A stretch of 62,245 nucleotides of DNA, counting the filler, from Vannella sp. (lineage: Eukaryota), in assembly GCA_023345925.1 (NCBI GenBank). It is 6 parts of 6 records of this genome, joined end to end, with 100 filler letters (N's around TTAATTAATTAA, not from the genome) between each part and the next. Parts side by side here need not be neighbours in the genome. Positions count along the whole stretch, not along the records: positions 24,211 to 39,146 come from JAJQQN010001359.1; 5 more parts are not named here. The stretch is one strand, 5' to 3'. This document shows, piece by piece, positions 24,236-35,170 of the stretch. Numbering within the stretch: the stretch's first letter is position 1; each line of letters opens with the position of its first letter. Below the pieces are notes generated by a model. The model was given only the letters and a program-made list of their open reading frames with translations, was not told the DNA's origin and did no database searches. A program made the translations under genes and the position numbers.

Positions 24236-25780
24236 ATGGACTTCTTCTTTGCCATGACTACTCCCGGGCTGGAGTATCTCGCTGCAGAAGAGATCAAAGG
24301 AGTGTTAGATCAGTTGAGTGAGAGTGTGATGGCCCCATTTGAACCCCAAGTAGAAGAGAACTTCCTTTCCGGCCAAGTCTTCTTCGCCTGTTCCAACTTG
24401 ATCTCGCCACTTGAGATTGTGGCTCGTGTGAACACAGTAGAGCGTATCTGTGCGGCTATAGGTGTACTATGTGATGTTCCTTTGACGCTCGAAGAAGGAA
24501 ATGAGGCGCTCTATCACTGGGCATACCACTGGGACGGCGGGCGCTTTCAAAGAGCTTGCTCCTTGTGGAACAAGACCCGGGCAATCGTTCACCCTCCCGA
24601 GGAAGGTAAAGCAAGCAAAGATACTTCATTGGTGTTTGACTTTACCCCTCGAAGCCCTCCGTGCATGTGCGAAACGTGCAAGGTCGACACCAAGGATCGC
24701 CATTTTGAGGTGATCAAGCCTCTTTGCAGGAGCTGGGGCCAGATCCAGTCGACGATAGATACAGAAGATGAAATGGAAGCAGTATTTGACCATGATCCAG
24801 CGCTTCCGCGGCCTCCTCCTCTTCCAAAGAGACGGAGATCGCTTTCCGATCGTTTTGGTGCAGCAGAGTTGATCACCTCTGGTGAGCAAGTACTTGAAGG
24901 TATTCCTGAAGGGTGCCATCGACCCTCCTTCCGTGTCACATGCCAAAGGGACTCGCCAATCAAGCATCCATTCAACAGCGTCCAGATCGCTCATCAGCTT
25001 GGTGGGGGCATTTGGACGCGTTATGAGTGGCCTGCTTCGATGAATGACTATGACATTCATGTTTGGGGACACTTGTATCACGATACACTGCTACTGGGCA
25101 TCTCTTTGACGCCGGAACCGATCCATTTGCATCACAGATCTCGAATATCCTTTGGAAAGACCTCTCTGAAGCCCAGTGTAGCCGCCTGCATATGTCGCTT
25201 CGCTAAGATCCAGCCCTTTGAAGTGGTGTTGGATCCCATGTGTGGAAGTGGGACTTTGCCCATCGAGTCATCAATACTGTTTCCGGGATGTTTGGCTTTG
25301 GGCGGGGATTACAATAGCGAAGCTATGGAACAGTCGAAACTGAACGTTGGGCATGCCTATCTTGACTCTTCGCTTCACCATCGCACTTTTGGAGCCTTTT
25401 CAAGTGTTGAGGCTCAGCAATTATCGAAGAAGATTCGCCGTGTTGATGTGATTCGTTGGGATGTGAGAGCTATTCCTATGCGGAACCAAGTCGTGGATGT
25501 CATTATTTGTGATATGCCGTTTGGTCGGCGTTCTGGCTCGTACAAGCAAAATGCGAAACTTTACCCGCTCTTCATCAACCAGATACTTCGGGTTCTCCGA
25601 CCAGGAGGTCGTATCATCCTTCTTACTTTGCAAAAGAAGCTTCTCTCTCGCGTTCTACAATCAAAGCAGCTCGTGGGGCGCGTGAGACTCCGCGAATGTA
25701 CTCCTTGTTACATGGGAGGTCTCGAATTGATTCTTTACTCGCTTGAGTACCTTCTGAATCCCTCTCCTTCTCTTTCATAG
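24236..25780 (+). CDS. THUMP-domain RNA guanine-N2 methyltransferase (THUMPD3/THUMPD2-like)
   Basis: N-terminal TTPGLEYLAAEEI, THUMP core SFRVTCQR...GGGIWTRYEWPASM, TSLKPSVA, SAM motif VLDPMCGSGTLPIE and the catalytic-type motif ICDMPFG. Confidence 0.88.
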   Translation: MDFFFAMTTPGLEYLAAEEIKGVLDQLSESVMAPFEPQVEENFLSGQVFFACSNLISPLEIVARVNTVERICAAIGVLCDVPLTLEEGNEALYHWAYHWDGGRFQRACSLWNKTRAIVHPPEEGKASKDTSLVFDFTPRSPPCMCETCKVDTKDRHFEVIKPLCRSWGQIQSTIDTEDEMEAVFDHDPALPRPPPLPKRRRSLSDRFGAAELITSGEQVLEGIPEGCHRPSFRVTCQRDSPIKHPFNSVQIAHQLGGGIWTRYEWPASMNDYDIHVWGHLYHDTLLLGISLTPEPIHLHHRSRISFGKTSLKPSVAACICRFAKIQPFEVVLDPMCGSGTLPIESSILFPGCLALGGDYNSEAMEQSKLNVGHAYLDSSLHHRTFGAFSSVEAQQLSKKIRRVDVIRWDVRAIPMRNQVVDVIICDMPFGRRSGSYKQNAKLYPLFINQILRVLRPGGRIILLTLQKKLLSRVLQSKQLVGRVRLRECTPCYMGGLELILYSLEYLLNPSPSLS

Positions 25781-25845
25781 GCGCCAATGGAACTGGACCG
25801 ATAGATCTAAAGTGTCTGCAATACTGTTTGTGAAGGAATCTTCGT

Positions 25846-27256
25846 TTATTGCGGATAAGGTGGTTGCGAAAAGCTCCCTAACAAGGCGTACATGTTAGCA
25901 AGAGAGGCATGAGGGGCGTATGATGGAGTAGGAACTGCCAAAGGGGGCGGGGGAACAGGATAGCCCATGTTATGAGGGATTTCCATCAGAGGGGGAGGTG
26001 GAGCTGTCACCATTTGGCGCTTTGGATAGTTTGGATCTTCAAAAAAGTCCCCTATCCTCTTACTACCCACTCCAGTGTACTCCTATCAACACACTCAGCT
26101 CACTAACCAATAAGAACGAATGTGAAAGTAACATACCTCCAAGTCATGCTTGGCGACTTTGATGTTCTCCAAGAATTCGAGGCAATCCTCTAATTTAGAG
26201 ATGTTGTTAGCTATAATAGCCTCCTGCTTATCTTTCAGTTGCGTAAGAGTTGTTAGTAACTCTGCTCGTCGCTCTAAGTCCAACTCCATGGCTTTCTTCA
26301 AGTCTAAAGCCGCTTTGTGTGCCTTTCTAACGTCTTCGACTTTCTCTCTGGCAGTCAGAGGAGTTAAAAGAGCTTCTGTTACCCATTATGAGTCCCCGAG
26401 AGCGGCTTTCTTCGTCCTGAGACTACTGACTTGAGTTGGCATCCCAGGGGAAGATGCTATCATTGGCAGAAGCTGTAAGAAGGCTATCTGCTACAGCATT
26501 GGGTGCTTCCTCAGCCAATAGTTCTTGAGTCAGATTGACAGCTTTCTGTTGAGGGTGGGATGAGGATCTAGAGAGCTCTTGGTGTATCTGAATAGCTTAC
26601 TTCCAGTGCCAAAGGTGTTTCTACTTTAGCTGGGGCCACAACAGGAGCCGCAACAGGAGCGGGAGGAGGGATGTTGGTTGGTATGGGCACGGCAGGGGCG
26701 ATTGGATCATCTTCTATGGGTCCAATATCTACCAAAGGACACTCGGCTATCTGTCGCATACCAGAAGCAGGGATAACCCGGCGCTCCTTCCAGATCCTAA
26801 GCAATCGGTTCACTTTCCCCCTTGTTTGCTCATCCCCATCCCTTCAAACGTCCATCTTAAGCTCTAAGACCACTAGCGAAAGCTCTACTTACTTCATGAT
26901 ACTGGCAATGGCCATAGGAAGCACAGTGGTGAAGCGATCGATGAAAGAAATGGTTCCGTTGCCGCGACTCCTCTGAACGATGTCGTTGCAGAGGTACAAG
27001 AAGCACAACTTACGCTCCAAAGGCACTTTGTAGTACTGCATCCCCCAAAGATGCACAATCTCGTTGCAGAAGTCTTTCTGACGAATCGCCCACGAAGAAA
27101 GCTCTGACCCTCCATCAGCACCTTCCACCAAGCCGCTATCCCGCCATAGACCATCTCACCTTCAATGCTCTGTTGAGAAGCATCAAATGCTCCCAACTTC
27201 CGCCTGAACAGAGTGTCTGAGTACGAATCCAAGGTCAATTGCCGCCGGGGGTCCAT
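25846..27256 (-). CDS. RNA Pol II CTD-interacting (CID/RPR) domain protein, RPRD1/Rtt103-like (multi-exon)
   Basis: RKLGAFDASQQSIE...LSSWAI...RKLCFLYLCNDIVQRSR...VNRLLRIWKERRV, followed by a Pro-rich linker and coiled coil (ELDLERRAELLTTL). Confidence 0.85.
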
Positions 27257-27412
27257 GTTCCCTCCTCCGAGAAGCCAAGGAAATGCTCCAAACACCTCCA
27301 CGGTAATAATCAAACACTAATACTACTCTTGCACATCGAATAAAGCAAAAATGGAGGTCAACAAAGCACTTTTTATCCCCGCCCCAAGCCTTCGGCTGCT
27401 CCTTCGTGCTTA

Positions 27413-28237
27413 ATGTCTACGGAGATCACGCTGGGAGCTTTAGAGCCTACTGTTGTTGTTCAGGATCAAGTAGAAGCCTCAGACACTCTTCCTTTGGAGG
27501 TGGTAGCGCCGGTTCCTGTGCTTTTGGCGCCAGAAGAGCCTTCTGCGTTAACGCCTGACTTGTCTGCGGGTTCTCCGACGTTGGAAGAGGGTGCTACTCG
27601 TGATAGAAGCCCCTCACCTTCGTTTAGGAGGCGATTGGGCTCGCCACAGCAACGGGCTGCGCCTTATTCTCCTCGGAGAGCGAAAGGCGTACGGGACATC
27701 TGCCGCAACTTCCTGAGAGGTGCTTGTCATCGTGGCGATATCTGTAACTATTATCACCCGCAACAGACCTTCTATAATGAGCCACAAGCCCCTCCTCCGC
27801 CACGAGGCGGTCCACGAGACATCTGCCGTGACTTTGCACGAGGAGACTGCCCTCGTGGAGCGCGTTGCATCTTCTCTCATGAGACCCAAAGTAGAGAAAT
27901 ATGCCGCGACTTCCAAAGATCCTCCTGCACACGCCCCTCCTGCAATTTCCTACACGAACCGCTGGATCATCGGACCGCCAGCCCTCTCCGAGACGATGAT
28001 TTCGGTCGAAAGCGACCCCGCTTTGAGTATGAGCCACCCAGGTCTCCTCTAAGAAGCATCGCATCATCGGAACTGAGCTATCTCCTCTCACTGAAAGAGG
28101 AAGTTCTCATTTTGCAGGACGAGAATCTCTTCCTGCGAGACCGGGTGCAGTACTTGCAGAATGAGCTTGATCGCTTCGCCCCTCCTCCAGTAGAAAGGTC
28201 TTCCATGGAACGACGGGGATCACGGCATCCTTATTAG
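27413..28237 (+). CDS. Triple CCCH zinc-finger RNA-binding protein with C-terminal coiled coil (ZC3H10-like)
   Basis: Fingers CRNFLRGACHRGDICNYYH, CRDFARGDCPRGARCIFSH and CRDFQRSSCTRPSCNFLH, then the heptad stretch LQDENLFLRDRVQYLQNEL. Confidence 0.85.
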   Translation: MSTEITLGALEPTVVVQDQVEASDTLPLEVVAPVPVLLAPEEPSALTPDLSAGSPTLEEGATRDRSPSPSFRRRLGSPQQRAAPYSPRRAKGVRDICRNFLRGACHRGDICNYYHPQQTFYNEPQAPPPPRGGPRDICRDFARGDCPRGARCIFSHETQSREICRDFQRSSCTRPSCNFLHEPLDHRTASPLRDDDFGRKRPRFEYEPPRSPLRSIASSELSYLLSLKEEVLILQDENLFLRDRVQYLQNELDRFAPPPVERSSMERRGSRHPY

Positions 28238-28491
28238 AGGATCTTCACCTCCAACACATTCGCCAATCGACTCGTCCGACCTCCCTGCTGCAGGAGAGAT
28301 CGTTATTTGTATACATTTGATGAACAAACGAAGTTTATCTTCGTAATTGAGGTTGTCTTGTTCCTTCCCCTCTCCCAACAAGGAATGAGTCCAAGTGACA
28401 TTCCTCCCTTCTCGAATGCCTTACCGTCTGTTATTGCTGGAGGGAAGCTCTATCACTTGCTAAAAGGTACCCAGAGTGTTAGTAATGCTAC

Positions 28492-30516
28492 TTACCGAAC
28501 TGGTGCGATGATCTGAAGGCGGTTGGAGATGGAAGAATAGTTGGGAACCAGATTTGGGGCGAATTGATCGCAAGAACGGATGCAAATGAACTCGCAGGTG
28601 CTTCCAAGGAGTATAGGCAAGACATTCAAGGAGAGTTTGGGACACTCAGAGAGGCTAAGATGCTCCAAACTGTTCCCTTTCCGGAGTAACTGAGAAAGAC
28701 ATTCGTCAGAGAGAGAGGAATTGGACAATCCGAGTCTCCTCAGGTGAGATAGAGAGACAACAGTCTGACAGAGAACTTGATTAGTGACATCAGAACAGTC
28801 TTCTAGCTCTAACGTGTGAAGCATTCGGCAGCCAGCCAAACTCATCAAGAGATCCTCATCCAAACAAACAGAGCTAATTAGGCTTTGAAGCTGAGGCAAC
28901 AACTTAACCAGCCTCCCAACTGCAGAAGCAGAGATCTTCGGACAACCAGCCAGATTCAAGGAATTCAATTCCGGACAATTTGAACCAATCGCCGTCAAGC
29001 ATTCATCATCCAGCTGGTACGTTCGTGCCAAACCCAACCTTTTGAGCTTCTTGGCGTTCTTAAAGAAGGTCAGGAGCGCGGGCTTGGTGAAAAAGCACTT
29101 TCCAATGTCAATATGTTCCAGAGAACCCGAAAACTTTGCCAAAGCGATGAGTGCAGGATCTTCGAGCTGTCCACAAGAAGATATCTCGATAGACTGCAGT
29201 TTCCATGACTTGGCCAGAAGCTGCACTGCGGCAGATTCCAGCAAGTTATTCCGGCATATCGAAATGGAGTCGACCTGGGGCAGAGCAGTGACCAGCTCAA
29301 GCACAGTAGCGGTTGATAGAACTTGTTTGCCAGATAGACGAATCTGTTTGAGTTGTCCCAACCTTTCTAAGGCAGACAAAGAAGCTATCGTACTCTCTAC
29401 ATCAAATTGGCCTAGATTGGGACAGTTCTGAGCCACAGCAGCGTGTCCAGCTGTTGTAATCAAGTCACAACCGTACAAGGATAAGCTTTTCAGTGCTGTC
29501 CGAGTTCCCAAAGACAAGGCAATAGCACCAGCATCTGTAAGTTTGCTGCAACCGTCAAGTACAATCTCTACCAGAGCTGGACAGGATCGAGAGATGGTTA
29601 AGACTCCTTCATCTGTTACGTTTGTGCAATGAGCAAGAGAAAGAGACCTCAATCTGGTGCATAACGCAGCCGACTTTCTCAAGTCCTCGTCAGATATCGG
29701 GAGGAAATCAACGTGGAGCAACCTGAGGGACTCCAAAGAGACTTGACAGAGGTAATGAAGATCATCAGGGGTCATCCAAGCAGCTGAAGAGTTGCATGAG
29801 AGTCTTTCAATACTGACTTTCTCTGCCAGACTTCGTAAGAGGTGAGAAGGCACGGACTGGTTATGACTGACGTTAATCTCTCTAAGATTAGGACTGTACT
29901 TGATGAGTGATAAGAGGAGGCGAGAGAAAGACGTATTCCGGCAGAATTGGGCGGAAAGTGATTGCAGTTGAGGAGAACATCGGATGATATGGCTCACCAG
30001 CTCATCTGGTAAGGAACTTCGGTTGATAGAAAGCTGAACTAGCTCTGGAAGACTCAAAGTATTCAATTGAAAGTGGCTAACAGCAAAGTGATTGTCCTCA
30101 AAACGAACTTGGTCCAGGACTAACCAGGTGATTCGGCTACTAGATCGAGTGATACTCTGTAGAAGAGTATGAGGTTGTAAGAAACCATACGTAGAGAAGT
30201 CCAGCTTCCTCGCCTCAGGCTCCAAGAGGAGAGGGAAAGAGAAATCCGATAAACCAGGACGGTTGGGACCTTCCAATGCGTTCCGCAACTTCCTCTTGAG
30301 CGGGGAGGGCAAAAGGCGTATCTCAGGAGACAGTGGGAGACAGGCGATAACGCCTACACACAGAGCCACCAAGGAAGGCACTTGCAACAGAGGGGGAGCA
30401 ATGGGAGAGATGTCAATAGTGGATCTGGGAAAGACAGCGTCCCAGTCAGGCCGTGGAAGCTCTAGATCCGCTCCAAGCAAGGTAAAATTCAAAGGGAGAG
30501 GCTCTGGCAGCGCCAT
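28492..30516 (-). CDS. Cysteine-containing LRR protein with N-terminal BC-box-like motif (AMN1/Rad7/FBXL-like)
   Basis: Many LxxLxLxxCxxlTD repeats (LRSLSLAHCTNVTDEGV, LNSLNLAGCPKIS) and an N-terminal VPSLVALCVGVI...LLPSPLKRKL. First ATG at 30516. Confidence 0.85.
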   Translation of the reverse strand: MALPEPLPLNFTLLGADLELPRPDWDAVFPRSTIDISPIAPPLLQVPSLVALCVGVIACLPLSPEIRLLPSPLKRKLRNALEGPNRPGLSDFSFPLLLEPEARKLDFSTYGFLQPHTLLQSITRSSSRITWLVLDQVRFEDNHFAVSHFQLNTLSLPELVQLSINRSSLPDELVSHIIRCSPQLQSLSAQFCRNTSFSRLLLSLIKYSPNLREINVSHNQSVPSHLLRSLAEKVSIERLSCNSSAAWMTPDDLHYLCQVSLESLRLLHVDFLPISDEDLRKSAALCTRLRSLSLAHCTNVTDEGVLTISRSCPALVEIVLDGCSKLTDAGAIALSLGTRTALKSLSLYGCDLITTAGHAAVAQNCPNLGQFDVESTIASLSALERLGQLKQIRLSGKQVLSTATVLELVTALPQVDSISICRNNLLESAAVQLLAKSWKLQSIEISSCGQLEDPALIALAKFSGSLEHIDIGKCFFTKPALLTFFKNAKKLKRLGLARTYQLDDECLTAIGSNCPELNSLNLAGCPKISASAVGRLVKLLPQLQSLISSVCLDEDLLMSLAGCRMLHTLELEDCSDVTNQVLCQTVVSLSHLRRLGLSNSSLSDECLSQLLRKGNSLEHLSLSECPKLSLNVLPILLGSTCEFICIRSCDQFAPNLVPNYSSISNRLQIIAPVR

Positions 30517-30811
30517 GGACGAGCGCTGGAGGTTATGAACGACTCTAAAGAGGCGCCAAAGTGACTTCAACTGTCACTTCGTTTCACTTCCCCTGGCTCC
30601 TCCTTCATACTCAGCAAAGAGCAGGAAACATCCTACTTTGATGCTAGAATTGACTTTTAAGAGGCCCTGACCAGTCCAAATGGAGGGAGGGTCTGGGAGG
30701 TTCTTGGAGGTTCTTGTTTTAGTGTTCTAGGTTCGTGGTTTATGGTCAAATAGACTTATAAGTATGCGATTGCTTAATTTACAAGTGATTGGTGACCCTC
30801 AGAGGGTCCAT

Positions 30812-32388
30812 CTAATCGAATTCATCCAAGGATTGCTCTTCAACACCGAATCCTGCCATATCAAAGTCCATGGGATAGGCTGGGTCACCACCAGCCAAGT
30901 CTAGACCTTCTATTTCCTCCTCTTTGCTTACTCGAAGAGTTCCTGTGACTCGGAAGAGGAGAAAGAGAATAGTCGAGAACAAGAGACTCCAAGCTGTGAT
31001 GACTGCACAGCCTATCAGCTGCACTCCCATGAACAGGAACGCATCGGCATCCCACGCATAGAGAATTCCACCGTTTGGTAAGAAGTCCAACCGGTCAGTA
31101 TGGGCGAAGAACGCAACGGCCATGACTCCCCAGGCTCCTCCTCCCAGATGGATGGGAGTGGCAGTGACTGGGTCATCAATACGGAGAAACAAAATGATGC
31201 GGCATCCAATGATAAAGATGGGAGCTGCACCCAAGATCTTAGTACACCAAGAAACTCCAAGTTTTCAACATACCTGCTACTACTCCGATGACGAAGGCAG
31301 CCCAAGGCTCCACCACATTACATCCAGCACAGATAGCAACCATACCAGTAAGTCCACCATTGAGAGCCGCCGAAATACTCCAGTAGCCTCCAAAGAGGTG
31401 GTAAATCTGAAATTCCTTCCCAAACAATGAGAACTCCTCTTTCCTAATGCCAATCTTGAGCAGGACCATAGAAACAATGAATGCTGAGCTTCCAGAAATC
31501 GAAGTATTGACGACCGCACGCGCCACTGACGTGGGAGAATAGCCTTTTCCGGCAATGCCTCCTTCGGACCCTCCATTGAATGCAAAGAAGCCAAACCACA
31601 ACACAAAGAAGCCGAGCACCATGAGAACGACAGAGTGGCCAGGAATGGGAAGGACTTTGCCATCCCGAAACCGGCCAATCCTGGGACCGAGGATAACTGC
31701 CCCAGTAAGAGCTCCAGCGCCTCCCACACAATGTACGACAGAGCTTCCTGCATAGTCCTTCGTCTTTGGGTTAGAAGGGAGTCGAAGAGAGAGCTTGAAA
31801 TGACGTACAACGTAGTTAAGGGCTGTCAGCCAACCGGATCCGCTCCATACCCAGTATGTGACCACGGGATAGGTCCACATGGTGACGAAAGTGGTGAAGA
31901 GCAAGTAGGAGACAAACCTGGCGCGCTCTGCCAACGCTCCACTGACGATAGTAGCGGAAGTAATCGCAAAAACAAAGTTGAAGAAGTACTTCGCCATGTC
32001 TCGTTGTGGCGTGTTGTAGAGGAAGAACTGGTTCGCTCCAATGAACTGGTTGTGATCGCTTCCGAAAGCAAACGCGTAGCCAGTCGCCCAATACCCAAGT
32101 CCTCCAAAACCTGTCGACGTTAACACCGAGAGGGACGAGAGGTCGACGAGAGGGACCTTTACCTCCACTGATGACGTTCTTCAGCAAGATGTTGGTCGTG
32201 TTCTTTGCTCGCACGCTTCCTGCCTCCAGAAAGGCAAAGCCTCCTTGCATAACTGAGAGGAAGAAGTTAACAGAGGAGTCTAAACGCCCCAGCCCACTCC
32301 AGCACTCACGGAAGATGATGATGGATACAAACACTAAGAACGCGACATTGAGTGCTTCTTCAGCGTCCTTCAGCTCAAACTCCGCCAT
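30812..32388 (-). CDS. amt: Ammonium transporter (Amt family), tandem copy A (multi-exon)
   Basis: MQGGFAFLEAGSVRAKNTTNILLKN, ATIVSGALAER, DYAGSSVVH, LGPRIGRF, LWFGFFAFNGGS and IDDPVTATPIHLGGG. The twin His residues are intact. Confidence 0.95.
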
Positions 32389-32726
32389 GAATAAATAGCC
32401 TTTGCAAGACGGAGGATAATAGACATAATAATTGTGTCATTATGTGCCATTTCCTGGTTGGTCTTATCATTTTTCTATTTGAGGCAGAAGAAGGAAGAAC
32501 CACAAAAGGGTAATGGAGTTCTCGCGAGAAGACCTCAACTTGGGCTTCTTCCATCAATGAGGATCATCTTTTGTGTCTACCATCAGAATGACTCAGTATC
32601 TCGTCATTCTCATCACTTTCTCGTCAAATGCCACCGCAGTTCCTGTGGTGAAGAGAGTTTATGGCATAAGAGCCTCCTCTGTGTGCAGGTGTATATGTAC
32701 AAGTGGGTAGAAGCAAGACGTGGTTC

Positions 32727-34307
32727 CTATTGGTCAAACTCGTCGTCTGCCTCGGATCGATTCGACGCTCCTGACAGTCCAGCGATGTTAAAGTCCATTG
32801 GATAGGCTGGGTCGCCATCAGCAAAGTCTAGACCTTCTATTTCCTCCTCCTTGCTGACTCTGAACAGCCCAGTGACTCGGAAGAAGAGGAAAATGATGGC
32901 AGCGAACAAGAAGCTCCACGCAGAGATCACAGCAGCGCCCATCAGCTGCACTCCCATGAACAGGAACGCATCTGCGTCCCACGCATAGAGAATGCCACCG
33001 TTTGGTAAGAAGTCCAAACGGTCAGTGTGCGCGAAGAACGCAACCGCCATGACTCCCCAGACTCCTCCTCCCAGATGGATGGGAGTGGCTGTCACTGGGT
33101 CATCAATACGGAGAATCAACATCACTCGGCACCCAATGACAAACACTGTAGCTGCACTCCTCATCAGTAACGCGAAGAAGGTCGATGGACTCACTTACCA
33201 GCGATGATTCCGATGACGAAGGCAGCCCAAGGCTCCACCACATTACATCCAGCACAGATAGCAACCATACCAGTGAGTCCACCGTTCACAGAAGCAGAGA
33301 TACTCCAGTAACCGCCAAAAACGTTGAAGATGTGGAACTCCTTCCCAAACAGCTTGACCTCCTCCTTGCGGAGACCAATCTTCAGCAGAACCAGAGAGAG
33401 AATGAACGCTGAGCTTCCAGATATCGAAGTGTTGACGACTGCACGAGCTACAGACACAGGATCGAACTTTTTGCCAACGATGCCTCCTTCGGATCCTCCG
33501 TTGAAGGCAAAGAAGCCGAACCACAAGATGAAGAAGCCAAGCATGATGAGAACAACAGAGTGCCCAGCAATGGGAAGGACTCTCCCATTCTTGAAGCGTC
33601 CAATCCTCGGGCCGAGGATAAGTGCACCTGCAAAGGCACCTGCTCCTCCCACGCAGTGGACAACAGAGCTTCCTGCATAGTCCTGCTTGCGTCAGTCTGA
33701 TTCTACAAGAGGAAGAGGCGACGTACAACATAGTTCAGGGCAGTTAACCATCCAGCTCCGCTCCACACCCAGTGTGTGACCACAGGGTACGTCCACAGGG
33801 TTACAAAAGCTGTAAAAAACAGGTAGGAACCCAAGCGCGCTCGCTCTGCCAACGCTCCACTGACGATTGTAGCGGATGTAACCGCAAAAACGAAGTTGAA
33901 GAAGTATTGAGCCATGTTACGCTCGGGTGTGTTGTAGAGGAAGAACTGGTCCGTTCCAATGAATTGGTTGGATTTACTTCCATACCCCAGCGCGAAGCCT
34001 GTGGCCCAGTACGCGAGACCGCCGACAGCTGTCCCGGTAACCGTTAGTGCCGACATGTCGACGATGGGGGTCTACAAACCTCCGCTTAGAACGTTTTTCA
34101 TGATGATGTTGGTTGTGTTCTTTGCTCGCACACTTCCTGCTTCCAGGAAGGCAAATCCTCCTTGCATCACTTCAGTAACGGTGGAAGGTGAGATGCTGGA
34201 GCCCTCCTTGTTCCTCCAAGATACTTACAGAAGAAGATGATTGCAAACGAAACTAAGAACAAAACGTTAAGGGCTTCCTCTGCATCCTTCAGGTCAAAGG
34301 GCGCCAT
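32727..34307 (-). CDS. amt: Ammonium transporter (Amt family), tandem copy B (multi-exon)
   Basis: Same motifs and equivalent intron positions as copy A. Starts MAPFDLKDAEEALNV at 34307. Confidence 0.95.
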
Positions 34308-34522
34308 CCCAGAAATGAACAACGCGGACGAGCATTGAATAGCAATATTTCTTCATTCAAACCGACCGTTTATATTTCCTTATTAGTTTTGGGTTTGGAG
34401 CACTTACCAAATCACCGATTTCCTTTTTGGGATGGCCGTTTGATTATTGGCGGAATGGCAAATCAACCCAACCCATGGGGATCAGCTCAGACTGAGGCAA
34501 AGAAGCCAAATAATTATTTTCC

Positions 34523-35019
34523 ATGTCCGCGTGGATCTGTAGGAGGGGTTGTTCGGTAGTGGTGCTGAAGGTGGGTGATTCTGCGAGCGTGGTAAAGAGG
34601 TTCAGCGTGGAAGATGTGAAAGCGTTCAGTGAGCTCTCTGAGGACCGCAATACACTTCACTTGGAGGATTTAGCGGCAAAGAGCGCTGGGTTTGAAGGGA
34701 TCGTAGTTCATGGTGTCCTTTGCATGGGCCTGTTATCTGCAGCTATTGGAACCAAGGTAACTATAGCCAAGAGTATCTTCCAACATAACTCACACTCAGT
34801 CAGTTGGCCCCAGGTGCGATCTACGGAGCACAAAAGATCCATTTCCTTCGACCCGTCCTCGTTGGAGACACCGTCACAGCCATCACCACTGTAACCTCTT
34901 TCCACGCCACAAAGCCATGGGTAGCCTCTTGCCAGACTCAATGCTTCAACCAAAACGAAGAAAAAGTAATCGACGGCACAGCCACCATCCACCTCCCGTG
35001 GTTGCGCCCCAAAGAATAA
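34523..35019 (+). CDS. MaoC/PhaJ-like hot-dog dehydratase (HTD2-like, 2 exons)
   Basis: Hydratase-2 motif AFSELSEDRNTLH...IVVHGVL. After an intron of about 34756-34803 it continues LAPGAIYGAQKIHFLRPVLVGDTV...VIDGTA. Confidence 0.85.
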
Positions 35020-35170
35020 CCCAGAAAATCCTAAACAGCGTTATTCACTATTGCAACATGATTGAAGGGAAAAGAAACTGCGCATAATAAACTCGTCATT
35101 ATTGTTTAGGTGGTGTCGTTCTCCCACCAAACCTCTTTGGGAGAAAGCTCATTTGTTTCCCACTTGAAGG

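Noticed and set aside
34523..35019. MaoC dehydratase as a recent bacterial transfer or an inactive enzyme (SEDRNTLH versus SGDxNPxH)
   Set aside because: It has a spliceosomal intron, eukaryotic HTD2-like homologs are widespread, and the catalytic Asp and His are retained.
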